A stretch of DNA of 64,000 bases from Thermodesulfobacteriota bacterium. GTDB taxonomy: Bacteria > Desulfobacterota > BSN033 > UBA1163. A model generated the notes under the pieces. It made no database searches and was not told the origin of the DNA. It saw nothing but the letters and a program-made list of their open reading frames with translations. Location of the stretch: positions 2,606 to 66,605 of the forward strand of contig JBEKUZ010000015.1 in assembly GCA_049514515.1 (NCBI GenBank). Reading direction: 5' to 3'. The translations under genes and the position numbers were made by a program. This document shows, piece by piece, positions 1 to 10,331 of the stretch (position 1 is the stretch's first letter; each line of letters opens with the position of its first letter).

Positions 1-17
1 GGCCGTATTTTGCCGAC

Positions 18-704
18 GTGAAGATTGAGCGAATGCATTACCATGCCAAATCCGGTGTGCTCTCTCAGATCATCACAACGACCATGCACTGCACCACGCA
101 TGCCGATTCACCGGCCCATGTATTTGAGGGCGGCATGTTTACCGATGAGATTCCGCTGGAAAAGTACTATGGCACTGGGGTTGCGGTTTCGATTCCCAAG
201 AAAAAGTGGGAAAAGATTATGCCAGAAGACTTGGAGAAGGTTCGTCCTAAGATTGAAAAGGATGACATCGTGATGGTTAATACCGGCTGGCACCACAAAT
301 ACTCTGACAGCGTCGAGTATTTTTGCTACTCCCCCGGCCTCTACAGAGAGGCCGGAGAGTGGTTCGTTGCAAAGGGAGTGAAGTGTGTTGGGGTGGACCA
401 GCAGGCCCTGGACCACCCGCTGGCCACTGCCATCGGTCCTCACGGATCCGGCCCGCTGAGGCCGGACGTGTGCGCGGAGTACAAAAAAGTGACCGGCCGC
501 GATGTGCTGCAGGACTTTCCCGAATGGGAGCCGTGTCATAACCTTCTTCTGCGCAACGACATCATGGGCTACGAGAACGTGGGCGGTGACTTGGATAAGG
601 TCACTGGGAAGCGATGTACCTTTGCTGGCTTTCCGATCCGCTGGACGAAAGGCGACGGGTCCATCGTGAGGATCGTGGCTATCGTGGACAAGGGAGACCA
701 ATAG
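18..704 (+). CDS. Cyclase-family (kynurenine formamidase-like) metal hydrolase; candidate dihydrophloroglucinol cyclohydrolase; probably 5'-truncated by the window edge
   Basis: HCTTHADSPAH variant of the HxGTHxDxPxH motif; GVDQQALDHP; H...YENV; C-terminal GDGS. Confidence 0.85.
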   Translation: MKIERMHYHAKSGVLSQIITTTMHCTTHADSPAHVFEGGMFTDEIPLEKYYGTGVAVSIPKKKWEKIMPEDLEKVRPKIEKDDIVMVNTGWHHKYSDSVEYFCYSPGLYREAGEWFVAKGVKCVGVDQQALDHPLATAIGPHGSGPLRPDVCAEYKKVTGRDVLQDFPEWEPCHNLLLRNDIMGYENVGGDLDKVTGKRCTFAGFPIRWTKGDGSIVRIVAIVDKGDQ

Positions 705-790
705 AAACGTTTGGAAGAATTCGGTTCGGAGTTCGGAGAAAAGTGGTGAAGACAACAAAAAATATAAATAGCCGCCGGAGGGAATGAGAG

Positions 791-1129
791 ATGAAAAAAG
801 TAGAATTGAAGGATGTCAAGCCGTACCAGGCCCCGAAACATTTTAATATGACCGCTCTGCGACTCCATGGAAAAGAAGAGAGCGGATCGAAAAAGTTCTG
901 GATGGGACTTTCCCATTTCTTGCCAGGAGGTGGAGCCGAATTCGACTCCACTCCTACGGAGAAGGTTTATTTCGTCCTCGACGGGGAGGTGACCATCAAG
1001 ACCAAAAAAGAAGAAATCGTACTTCGGCCGTGGGACTCCATCTACATCGGCCCCGACGAGGGCAGAGAGATCATCAATCGAACCAATAAGCCCGCCAGTA
1101 TGCTGGTGGTGATCAATTATCCTGATTGA
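791..1129 (+). CDS. Cupin-domain protein
   Basis: 112 aa; EKVYFVLDGEV...LRPWDSIYI cupin barrel pattern; GGAGGG upstream. Confidence 0.8.
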   Translation: MKKVELKDVKPYQAPKHFNMTALRLHGKEESGSKKFWMGLSHFLPGGGAEFDSTPTEKVYFVLDGEVTIKTKKEEIVLRPWDSIYIGPDEGREIINRTNKPASMLVVINYPD

Positions 1130-1140
1130 GGGGGCGTTTC

Positions 1141-1920
1141 ATGAACAAACAAGATATGCAAGGTCTTTTTGACGTGAACGGAAGGGTTGCCCTGATCACT
1201 GGGGCAACCGGTGGTTTTGGCAAGGCGGCTGCAAGAGGGCTTGCCGCAGCCGGAGCAAAAGTGATGGCGACCGCACGAACATCGTCGGCACTTGAGCTCC
1301 TCGTCAAAGAAATTCGTGAATCGGGCGGGCAAGCGGCATTTTCAGCAGGAGATCCTATCAACCATGAAGACGTGAAACGTGTGGTCAAGAATACAGTGGA
1401 TACCTTCGGCGGCATAGACATCCTGGTGACTGCCGCAGGGATCAACAAGGTCAAACCGATCACTGACCAGCCTGTTCAGGATTGGGAAGAGGTCATGGGC
1501 GTTAATGTAAAGGGCACCTACCTCTTCTGCAAGGAGGTGGGTCGGGTCATGATCAACCAGGGGCGAGGGGGTAAAGTGATCCTCGTTGGTTCTGCCCGCG
1601 GACACCTTGGCTTGGCAAACTATACCGCCTACAGCACATCGAAGGGTGCAGTGCATCTGTTGGCAAAGACTCTGGGTTGCGAATGGGGGCCTTACAAGAT
1701 CAACGTGAATGCCATTGCCCCTACGGTATTCAGGACAGCTCTGACTCAATGGATGTTTGACGATAATGCGTTTTATATGAATTTTCTCAAGCGCATCCCT
1801 TTAGGAAGATTGGGTGAGCCCGAAGACTTTATTGGAACGGTCATTTTCCTTTCATCCAAGGCGTCGGACTTTATGACCGGTGCAATCATGGATGTGGATG
1901 GGGGCTATACGGCAGGATAG
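1141..1920 (+). CDS. Short-chain dehydrogenase/reductase, phloroglucinol reductase-like
   Basis: TGATGGFG and YSTSK motifs; PTVFRxxLTxWMFD and NFLKRIPLGRLGEPEDFIG resemble clostridial phloroglucinol reductase as I recall it; start placed at ATG 1141 after GAGGGGG. Confidence 0.85.
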   Translation: MNKQDMQGLFDVNGRVALITGATGGFGKAAARGLAAAGAKVMATARTSSALELLVKEIRESGGQAAFSAGDPINHEDVKRVVKNTVDTFGGIDILVTAAGINKVKPITDQPVQDWEEVMGVNVKGTYLFCKEVGRVMINQGRGGKVILVGSARGHLGLANYTAYSTSKGAVHLLAKTLGCEWGPYKINVNAIAPTVFRTALTQWMFDDNAFYMNFLKRIPLGRLGEPEDFIGTVIFLSSKASDFMTGAIMDVDGGYTAG

Positions 1921-1929
1921 AGGAGGCTC

Positions 1930-2871
1930 ATGCCAAATTCGGAACGTATTGCCGTTATCGGTGCCGGGATGATGGGCCATGGAATTGCACAAATTTTTGC
2001 AATCCATGGCCATCGGGTTTCTCTCCTTGATGTGAGCGATGAGATCCTGGCAAAAGCCATTGAGAACATTCGGATCAACCTGACCTTGATGGCCCAGAGC
2101 GGGCTCGGCAGCACGGCGGATATCGAACCTGCTATTAAGAGGATAAGAGTCACCCGGGACTTGGAAGAAGCTGTCCGGGATGCCCAGTTTGTCATCGAGG
2201 CGGTGCTCGAAAAGTTGGACCTGAAACAGGAACTTTTTCAGAAACTCGATGCCCTTTGTCCGTCAGAGACCATTCTGGCCACCAATACTTCAGTCATCAG
2301 CATCGCGGAAATCGGAGCCAGGGCCACGAGAAGAGACCGGATCGTGGGGACCCATTTCTGGAATCCACCCTACCTGGTGCCATTGGTTGAGGTGGTCAAG
2401 GGCAAAGAGACGTCTTCCAAGGTCGTAGGCCTTACGACAGACCTATTGAGATCTGTGAGGAAACATCCTGTTGAAGTCAAGAAGGACGTACCCGGTTTTG
2501 TTGGAAACAGACTCCAACATGCGCTCTGGCGCGAAGCCATCTCCATTGTGGAACAGGGTATTGCCGATCCTGTGACCGTCGATGAGGTCGTCAAGAAAGG
2601 CTTCGGTATTCGGTTGCCCGTGCTCGGACCTCTGGAGAATGCGGATATGGTGGGGTTGGACCTGACTCTGCAGATTCATGATTATATTCTCAAGCATATT
2701 GAAAGGTCCACGGAGCCCTCACCCGTCCTGAAACAGAAAGTGGAGAAAGGGGAACTTGGCTTTCAAACCGGTCGAGGCTTCTATGAATGGACTCAAGACA
2801 GCATGGAAGGATGTAAGAAGCGCTTCCTGAAACACCTGATACGCTGGGATGGAGAGCACTTAGAAGATTAG
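1930..2871 (+). CDS. 3-hydroxyacyl-CoA dehydrogenase family protein
   Basis: GAGMMGHGIA, EAVLE, TNTS, HFWNPP and PGFVGNRLQ motifs. Confidence 0.9.
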   Translation: MPNSERIAVIGAGMMGHGIAQIFAIHGHRVSLLDVSDEILAKAIENIRINLTLMAQSGLGSTADIEPAIKRIRVTRDLEEAVRDAQFVIEAVLEKLDLKQELFQKLDALCPSETILATNTSVISIAEIGARATRRDRIVGTHFWNPPYLVPLVEVVKGKETSSKVVGLTTDLLRSVRKHPVEVKKDVPGFVGNRLQHALWREAISIVEQGIADPVTVDEVVKKGFGIRLPVLGPLENADMVGLDLTLQIHDYILKHIERSTEPSPVLKQKVEKGELGFQTGRGFYEWTQDSMEGCKKRFLKHLIRWDGEHLED

Positions 2872-2929
2872 GAGATACTCAGCTCCAATCTCAAAACAAG
2901 AAAGTGTTACGTATGGGGAGAGATGACCA

Positions 2930-3940
2930 ATGCCAAAGAGTTGGAAATGGTGGTTTCTGATCAGCTTGGCGTGTTTGTTCCTTTTGAATGGCGGATGTGA
3001 GAAATCTGGCAAGACTGGAAACCCTTCTTCAGCTAACTCCAAAGCGGGGAGTCCAATAATTCATTTTCAAGATAAGTTCTATGATGTTTCGGTGACAGGC
3101 AGGGGAAGCGTGTGGGTGGTTGGCTATTACGGTGCTATTCTCCACTCCAACGATGGTGGTAAGCACTGGTCCCGACAGAGTGCGGGAACCTCGGATGCCC
3201 TTTTAGGGGTTTCCTTCGTGAACGACCTTGAGGGGTGGACAGTAGGCGAGTCGGGAACGATTCTGCATACGAAGGACGGAGGAGCACGTTGGGAAAAACA
3301 GCAGACGCCGGTCCCGGATGAAAGACTGCTAAAAGTCCAGTTTATTAACGAACGGGAGGGATGGGCCGTAGGAAGTAATGGCGTCATCTTGCGTACCTCA
3401 GACGGAGGAGTTCACTGGGAGAGGCTGTCCTTTAAGGAAGATGTGACCCTGAACGATCTGGTCTTCCTCAATGCGTCGGAGGGCTGGATTGCGGGCGAAT
3501 TTGAAACGATCCTTCACACCACGGACGGGGGCAATACCTGGAGAAGGCAGCGAGGAGGTAAAGAGGGGAAACTTTTCGGGATAGGATTCAGGGATGCTCT
3601 CCGTGGGGTGGCCGTGGGCACCTCGGGAAAGATGGTCTTTACGGACGATGGCGGAAGAAGTTGGAAGGAGATCAAGAGCCCTACAGAGGATACGCTTACA
3701 AAAGTTCGATTCTACGGGCCGTCAGAGGCGATCGCGATCGGGTTAAGGGGTGCGGTGATCCGTACGGAGGACGGTGGAAGAAATTGGTCTCTTCTTCCCC
3801 TACCGCATCATTATACCTGGCTTTCAGGGGTAGGTTTTACCAGGACCGGGATCGGATTTCTTGTGGGTGACGGAGGAAAAATTTTTGTAAGCAGCGAGAA
3901 CGGAAAGAATTGGGTTCCTTTTGGCTCGTATGGCGGATAA
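2930..3940 (+). CDS. YCF48-like BNR/Asp-box beta-propeller lipoprotein
   Basis: Lipobox-like LNGGC; repeated (S/T)xDGGxxW Asp-boxes. Confidence 0.85.
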   Translation: MPKSWKWWFLISLACLFLLNGGCEKSGKTGNPSSANSKAGSPIIHFQDKFYDVSVTGRGSVWVVGYYGAILHSNDGGKHWSRQSAGTSDALLGVSFVNDLEGWTVGESGTILHTKDGGARWEKQQTPVPDERLLKVQFINEREGWAVGSNGVILRTSDGGVHWERLSFKEDVTLNDLVFLNASEGWIAGEFETILHTTDGGNTWRRQRGGKEGKLFGIGFRDALRGVAVGTSGKMVFTDDGGRSWKEIKSPTEDTLTKVRFYGPSEAIAIGLRGAVIRTEDGGRNWSLLPLPHHYTWLSGVGFTRTGIGFLVGDGGKIFVSSENGKNWVPFGSYGG

Positions 3941-3994
3941 AGGTTCATTCTCGAATGAAGGTCATTTATTCCAATGATGGGGGAGTAAGAAGAG

Positions 3995-6331
3995 ATGTTT
4001 TTTGAAAAGCTGGTTGGGTTCTTCATCAGATTCAGAGTGGCGGTATTGGTCATCATGGCCATTGTGACCGCGTTTTTCTTAACCCAGATTTTTCGTATGG
4101 AAATGTTTACTCAGTTCCTGGATCTTTTTCCGACAACCCATCCCTACGTCCAGATCCATAAGCAATATGCCAAATATTTTGGCGGCGCCTATCAAGCGAC
4201 GCTCGTGGTCGAATTAAGAGAGGGCGGGAAATACAAAGATGTTTTTAACTTAGAGACGTTGAACAAGATGCACCGCATCCAATACGATGTCGACCTGATA
4301 CCCGGGGTTGACCATTTTGCAATCTATTCCATCGCAAGCCCGAAGGTCAGTTATACGAAGGAGACGCCCTATGGTTTTTCGACAAAGCAGATCATGCCGG
4401 AGGTGCCGAAAAACCAGCAGGAGCTTGAGGATCTGAAGAAAAAAGTATTTACGAGCCCGATTAACGGGACCCTCGTTTCAAGGGACCAGAAGGCCCTTCG
4501 TCTGGATGCAAACTTCATCGAGGGGAAAATTGATTTTAATAAACTTTTCGATGGATTCATGAAGATCAAGAAGAAGGAGGAGGATGCAAACCACAAGATC
4601 TATCTGACCGGAACGCCCCTCGTCTACGGGTGGATCTATCACTACTTGCCAAAGATGGGGCTGATTTTCTTGATCACCTCCTTCATTATCGTGGCGTTAC
4701 TGTATGGATATATGTACCAGGGTGGGTTGTGGTGGCGTCCCTTTCTCGACGGGATTGTCACTTCCATTTGGGGCCTTGGGTTCTCGGCCTTGATGGGATT
4801 CCATTTTGATCCACTGATTATCGTGATTCCCTTTTTGCTCAGCGCCCGGGCCATGAGTCACGGGGTGCAGTGGACGGAGCGGTTCGTGGAGGAGTACCGG
4901 AGACTCAACGGTGACATCCAGCAAGCGGCATTAATCACCGGGGTGGCGCTTTTTCCTCCAGGGCTCATCGGTATCGTTGCGGATACGTGGGCGCTTTTGA
5001 TCATCTCCATCACTCCGATTCCGATGTTGAGAAACCTGGCTTTTATCGGCACGTTCTGGGCATTGTCCGCTGTTTTTTCGAGCTTGGTTCTCAATCCCGC
5101 CCTGTTTGCATCATTTAAGAAGCTATGGATACCCATGGAGTATAAAGAGAACACCTTCGACCGGATCCTGAAGCAAATTCTTGTACGGATGTCGAGCTGG
5201 ACCTTTGGGAAAGGCAGATACATCACGGTCGGCTTAGCCGTTGCCGTCCTGATCGTCGCTGTGGTTTCATCCACTCGTCTCAAATACGGCGATGCAAATC
5301 CCGGGGACCCGATTCTCTGGCAAAACTCGGAATATAACTCAGATGTGAAGAAGACCAATGAGCGTTTTCCCGGGGTGGACCAGATGTGGGTGGTCATCGA
5401 GGGGAAAAAAGAGGGGACGGTATTGGCTCCGGACGTCGTCAGAGGAATGGAGGCATTAAAGTATCATATGATGGAGGACCCAAATGTCGGATTTGCCACG
5501 TCCGTTGCCGACGTGATTAAAAGTATAAACATGTTAGCCCGCGGGAATGACCCAAAGATGGAGTATATACCGCCGACTGGGAAGGAGATCGAGACGATGG
5601 TATGGCTCTTTAAGCTGGGATCAGCACCGGGTGAGTTGGACCCTTGGATGAATCCTGAATATTTTGGGAGCAACGTAAGACTCTATCTCAGAAACCACGA
5701 AGGATCTCTGCTGCAAGAGGTGATCGGCCGGATCAAAAATTTCATCAAGGATAATCCGAAGCTCATGGAGAATGCAGTAGCGAAACCGGCCGGGGGGCTG
5801 GGAGGGATCTTGGCGGCGGCCAATGAGGTCATTGCCTCCAGAAACGATCCGATCCTGATTTTTATTTTGGTGGTTATCTTTATTCACTGTTCCCTCACCT
5901 ACTGGTCCATACTGGCAGGCGTGATCTTTACCATTTCGCTGGTCCTGGCCAACTTTCTCGCCTTTACCTACATGGCCTTCAAAGGGATCGGGCTCAATAT
6001 CAATACGTTCCCGGTGGTCTCGCTGGGGATAGGGATGGGGGTGGACTACGGCCTCTACATTGTCAGCAGGATCATCGAGGTGTATCGGGTCGAAAGAGAT
6101 TTGGCAAAGTCGGTGAGAGGCGGGATGGTGACAGCAGGAAGGGCGGTTTTTTTCACGGCCACCATGATGACGGCCGGAGTGGTATTCTGGTACTTTTCGC
6201 CCCTTCGTTTTCAGGCGGAGATGGGCCTTTTGCTCGGGATCCTGATGATGGTGAACATGGTGGTAGGCGTTTTGGTTCTTCCCGCGGTGATTAACATCAT
6301 CAAGCCGAAGTTCGTTACGAAAGGTTTATGA
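3995..6331 (+). CDS. MMPL/RND-family transporter
   Basis: Two-repeat TM topology with large periplasmic loops; GMGVDYGLY motif. Confidence 0.9.
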   Translation: MFFEKLVGFFIRFRVAVLVIMAIVTAFFLTQIFRMEMFTQFLDLFPTTHPYVQIHKQYAKYFGGAYQATLVVELREGGKYKDVFNLETLNKMHRIQYDVDLIPGVDHFAIYSIASPKVSYTKETPYGFSTKQIMPEVPKNQQELEDLKKKVFTSPINGTLVSRDQKALRLDANFIEGKIDFNKLFDGFMKIKKKEEDANHKIYLTGTPLVYGWIYHYLPKMGLIFLITSFIIVALLYGYMYQGGLWWRPFLDGIVTSIWGLGFSALMGFHFDPLIIVIPFLLSARAMSHGVQWTERFVEEYRRLNGDIQQAALITGVALFPPGLIGIVADTWALLIISITPIPMLRNLAFIGTFWALSAVFSSLVLNPALFASFKKLWIPMEYKENTFDRILKQILVRMSSWTFGKGRYITVGLAVAVLIVAVVSSTRLKYGDANPGDPILWQNSEYNSDVKKTNERFPGVDQMWVVIEGKKEGTVLAPDVVRGMEALKYHMMEDPNVGFATSVADVIKSINMLARGNDPKMEYIPPTGKEIETMVWLFKLGSAPGELDPWMNPEYFGSNVRLYLRNHEGSLLQEVIGRIKNFIKDNPKLMENAVAKPAGGLGGILAAANEVIASRNDPILIFILVVIFIHCSLTYWSILAGVIFTISLVLANFLAFTYMAFKGIGLNINTFPVVSLGIGMGVDYGLYIVSRIIEVYRVERDLAKSVRGGMVTAGRAVFFTATMMTAGVVFWYFSPLRFQAEMGLLLGILMMVNMVVGVLVLPAVINIIKPKFVTKGL

Positions 6332-6389
6332 AACTAAAAACCGTTGATGGATTTAGGGAGGCAACCAAAAACATGAAAGGAGGGGATAT

Positions 6390-6812
6390 ATGATGAACAA
6401 GATTACAGTTTTATTAATCGCCATCGGGGTCGTTTTCATTTCGACTGTGGTTGTTTTTCTTGGAAATCCGGGGACCATCGGAGCGGCAGAGTCGTGTAAG
6501 ATTGTCACGATTCGCGGTCGAGATAACATCGAACCTAACATGCTAACAATTACAAAAGGGGATTGTGCCGTATGGATGAATTGGACACGGGACCAGGATG
6601 TCCTATTGTCCTTTAAGGAAGGCGAAAAGTGCATACGCGCGACGAAAACTCCGGTTGGTTTTAAAATGGATGTCCCGAAAGGGTGCTATATCGCCGGCTG
6701 GTTGAAATACGGAGAAACCGTCAGCTTAGTGTTCACACAACCAGGTACTTATAGTTACGATGTGGAATTCAAGGTGGGTGGAAAGAATAAGGGAACGATT
6801 GTAGTGAAATAA
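6390..6812 (+). CDS. Exported cupredoxin-fold protein lacking type-1 copper ligands
   Basis: N-terminal hydrophobic helix; EPNMLTITKGD...W.N and FTQPGTYSY...GTIVVK pattern; no C-x-x-H-x(n)-M. Confidence 0.55.
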   Translation: MMNKITVLLIAIGVVFISTVVVFLGNPGTIGAAESCKIVTIRGRDNIEPNMLTITKGDCAVWMNWTRDQDVLLSFKEGEKCIRATKTPVGFKMDVPKGCYIAGWLKYGETVSLVFTQPGTYSYDVEFKVGGKNKGTIVVK

Positions 6813-7015
6813 TAAGTCGTGCAAGTGAAAGGTTGAATATATACCTGAATAGGTCAAGGTTTTGGGAGGGGTTACAAATTTTAAGGAAAGGTGGTGAGGC
6901 GAAGTTATCAGGGGGTACACTCGTGTCGCTGGGGGGTGACATCTAGGGGATATACGGGTAACATAACGAGAAGGAATATAACTTTCTTTGACAACTCAAA
7001 GAGGACAAGGAGGGG

Positions 7016-8674
7016 ATGATGAAGAAGATTGCGCAAAGATCCTTTTTTACGGCTGTTTGCCTTGGATTGCTAAGTCTTTTGATGGTGTCGCCTAGCACGG
7101 CCTTCCCGACGCTGAACTTGGGGGAAGAAACCGAATTGACTTTTTATGGTTGGGTCCGTAACAACACTGGAATGTTTCTGGAAAACCCTCAGCCTTTTTC
7201 CAAGAGCAGCAACGACCTGGCAACGGAAAGAACCTGGCTGAGGGGTTATACAGATTTCAAAATCAATGATCAGCTGAGGTTCTGGTCAGCCATTCAGTTT
7301 GCATACGAGCCACCGTATCCGGTTGAGCATGATGCGTCTACAAGCCTGTCCAAGTTCCTTGCTGAGATGCCGATCAAGGGAGGCGGCAACGAGTATAGCG
7401 AATACAAAAACATTAACGATGTTTGGAGAGAAGTTTATTTTGCATGGAAGCCCACAAGCGCAGACAGTATCAAAATCGGAAGGCAGATCGCGATATGGGG
7501 AGAAGCTCTTACAACCCGAGTTGGTGATGTGGTCCATCCCGAGGATGACCGGTATTCGCTTGCTTTTGCCAACCTTGAGGATACCCGCATACCCTCTTGG
7601 ATGATCAGGGCGATCCACGACATTCCGAACATTAATTCCAGCTTAGAAGTGATCTTTAATCCAAATCTAGTAGGTGAGAGATATCGTGTCAATCAGTCCG
7701 CAACGTTTGCTGACCCTATAGGCGGTTTTACTGGAGAGAGGTTCGGTATCAATATTGAACGGCGGTTTGCGCCACCATATTCTGTTGGAAACGCTGCCTT
7801 GGGACCGCCATTCTCTACTTTTGGTGTGGTCGCTCCACCTCCTCTGTCGAGAGACTGGATTTTTAGTCCCTTCGCTCCAGGTAGTCATTGGGTTCCAACT
7901 GACATTCCGGTGTTTAAACAAAACCTTCCCAATGGCTTGGAAAGTATACGCGGTGGGTTTAGAACCAACACCACAATCGAGGGATACAATTTTGGCGTTT
8001 CTTACTTCCACACGCAAAACTATGATCCAGTCAGCAAAAGAGAGGGTCTTATACCCGGACAGATTAATCCTGAAACACATCTTCCGTACAGATATTACGC
8101 CCTCGATTATCCCAACATAGACATCATTGGTGCCTATTTGAACAAGCAACTAACTGGAGCCTCCCCGATCCCGGGTGTTTTGAGGGCCGACTTTATCTAT
8201 GTACCAAACAAGCCTTTCAACACCTTCGATCTACGAGTGCCCGATGCTGTCGTAGACCGGAGTTATATGAAATATATGGTAGCTTATGATCTCAACAGCT
8301 ATTTCTATTTTTCATGGCACAAAGATGCCTCCTTCGACATTACCTTTGAACACGTTGGCGAAGTGGTGCCGAACAACAAGCAGCTGCAGTATGCCATTTA
8401 CGACACAAAGTGGGTAAAATGGAACCCATCCTTTAACGTGGGTATAACGACAACCTGGCTCTATAACGAAATCTCCACCCAATTGATAGCCGGCTATTTT
8501 CCTTGGGGCAATAGCGGATTACTCATGCCGATCGTGAAATATACACCCCCATTATGGAACCAGAAGCTTTCATTCGAACTAAGATATATCGGTGTTTTCG
8601 GGAATAATTACAAAGGCTTGGGTATATTAAATTCGAAGGACATGGTCGTTTTTACAACCGAGTTTGATTGGTAA
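7016..8674 (+). CDS. DUF1302-like outer-membrane protein
   Basis: Signal peptide; KIGRQIAIWGE motif; C-terminal aromatic residue (EFDW); context with MMPL and YCF48. Confidence 0.75.
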   Translation: MMKKIAQRSFFTAVCLGLLSLLMVSPSTAFPTLNLGEETELTFYGWVRNNTGMFLENPQPFSKSSNDLATERTWLRGYTDFKINDQLRFWSAIQFAYEPPYPVEHDASTSLSKFLAEMPIKGGGNEYSEYKNINDVWREVYFAWKPTSADSIKIGRQIAIWGEALTTRVGDVVHPEDDRYSLAFANLEDTRIPSWMIRAIHDIPNINSSLEVIFNPNLVGERYRVNQSATFADPIGGFTGERFGINIERRFAPPYSVGNAALGPPFSTFGVVAPPPLSRDWIFSPFAPGSHWVPTDIPVFKQNLPNGLESIRGGFRTNTTIEGYNFGVSYFHTQNYDPVSKREGLIPGQINPETHLPYRYYALDYPNIDIIGAYLNKQLTGASPIPGVLRADFIYVPNKPFNTFDLRVPDAVVDRSYMKYMVAYDLNSYFYFSWHKDASFDITFEHVGEVVPNNKQLQYAIYDTKWVKWNPSFNVGITTTWLYNEISTQLIAGYFPWGNSGLLMPIVKYTPPLWNQKLSFELRYIGVFGNNYKGLGILNSKDMVVFTTEFDW

Positions 8675-8798
8675 TTCTTGACCCCCGGCAGCGGAAGGCT
8701 ACGGCCCTTGGCCGGGATGGTCGCCCCGGATGGGGATTTTTCAGGAACGACAGACTTTGCCCGTGGTACTACACCAAGAAAAAAGGAGGAATAATAAC

Positions 8799-10037
8799 AT
8801 GACAAAGAGTATGAAGACGATTTTAGCGTTGTTTACTGCATCTTTAATTTCTTGTTTTTTATTCAGTTCGCTTTCTTTTGGCCAGGAAATACCAAAACCA
8901 GGGGAGATCATTGATAAGAGCAACTATAAGAAATATGCACATCTTATCCCCGAGGAATTATACCCCGGGTTTGAAAACGGCTGGGGAGGATTCTGGAAGC
9001 CGATCTCATTGAAGATTGTCCCGACGAAGCCCGCTTCGCAGCCGAAGAGGTTTTTGGCTTTCTCAGAAAAGAACCGTGGCAAGTACGCCTTAGATAAGGA
9101 TGGATTTATCATAGGCGGATACGATTACGAGGGTCTTCCTTTCCCAGGGGTGAGGCCAGATGACAAGGATTTCGCGACCAAATTTATGTGGAATTTCACC
9201 TATAGGTATATGAGGGACGATTGGATTGGTCCAATGACAGCATTTTCAAAAAGGAAAGGAGAACCAATAACGTTCAATATTTCAGATGAGATCATTGTCG
9301 AGTTTGTCAATCGCATGTACGATGATCCCAAGCCGAACATGAAGGACCCTATCGGCTTACAATATGCTGAATGGATACGTTATTCGGTGCCGGTGAATGT
9401 TAGAAATTTTCAAATGTTAATATACAGGTACTTAGACCCAAGAAAGTCTGACGATACCTATTTGTATCTGCCCACTCTGAGAAGGGTTTTAAGGGGGGAA
9501 GCGGGGCAAAGATCTACTCCAATACAAGGCCAGAACCAAGCGCTCGACGATTTTCAAGGCTTCGATGGCAGGATCCAAGACTTCACTTATAAATATATCA
9601 GGGAACAAAAGTTGTTAGGTGTTGCAGACAGCAAATTGAACGTAGGACTTGTGCGCAAGCAGACGGCTCAGGCAGGGGGCGTATTGTTTTTTGACGACGA
9701 CAATTGGGAGGTGAGGGACGTCTATGTCATCGATATAATACCAAAAAACGCTACCTACCCTCAAAGCAGAAAACGAATTTATATCGACAAGGAAAATCCT
9801 ACGATTTACCATGCAGCCGTCTGGGATCGGGCAGGGAACCCCTGGAAGTTTTGGAGTTTTGAGTTCGCTAAACGACCGTGCGCCGACGGGGATACAGCCA
9901 GCAGCATTGAGCACAATTTTGGACTCGATGTTCAGTTCGGATATGGCCAAACGACGACTATGGACTATAAGTTAAACGGTCATGGTTTTAAGTACAACGA
10001 TATTATGCCATCTGCTATGAGTAAAAGGGGTGAGTAA
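8799..10037 (+). CDS. DUF1329-family periplasmic (LolA-like) protein
   Basis: GLPFP, YLYLPTLRRVLR, DDFQGFDG, WDRAG motifs; AGGAGG RBS before ATG 8799. Confidence 0.8.
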   Translation: MTKSMKTILALFTASLISCFLFSSLSFGQEIPKPGEIIDKSNYKKYAHLIPEELYPGFENGWGGFWKPISLKIVPTKPASQPKRFLAFSEKNRGKYALDKDGFIIGGYDYEGLPFPGVRPDDKDFATKFMWNFTYRYMRDDWIGPMTAFSKRKGEPITFNISDEIIVEFVNRMYDDPKPNMKDPIGLQYAEWIRYSVPVNVRNFQMLIYRYLDPRKSDDTYLYLPTLRRVLRGEAGQRSTPIQGQNQALDDFQGFDGRIQDFTYKYIREQKLLGVADSKLNVGLVRKQTAQAGGVLFFDDDNWEVRDVYVIDIIPKNATYPQSRKRIYIDKENPTIYHAAVWDRAGNPWKFWSFEFAKRPCADGDTASSIEHNFGLDVQFGYGQTTTMDYKLNGHGFKYNDIMPSAMSKRGE

Positions 10038-10331
10038 TTCGTCTTGTGACCTTCTGAAGGAGGGCCATGCCTGCACGAAGCGATTCGGTAAGAGCAGGCG
10101 GTTAAGGTTGTGGGCAAAGCATTAAGATTGTGGGTGTTCATCCTTCCCAGTAACTTTTGCTGCGGCTATGGGAGAATGGGAGCACAAGGTGATCTCGTAA
10201 AGGATCCGGTGCTTAGCCGTGAGTTTGCCGCCGAGGACAGTTCCGGTGTGCAATCATACGCAGCAGATGGTCCTTACTTCCTTATGAGGTGACTTGAACA
10301 ACAATCACGGGTTAAGGGGGATAAATCAAAC

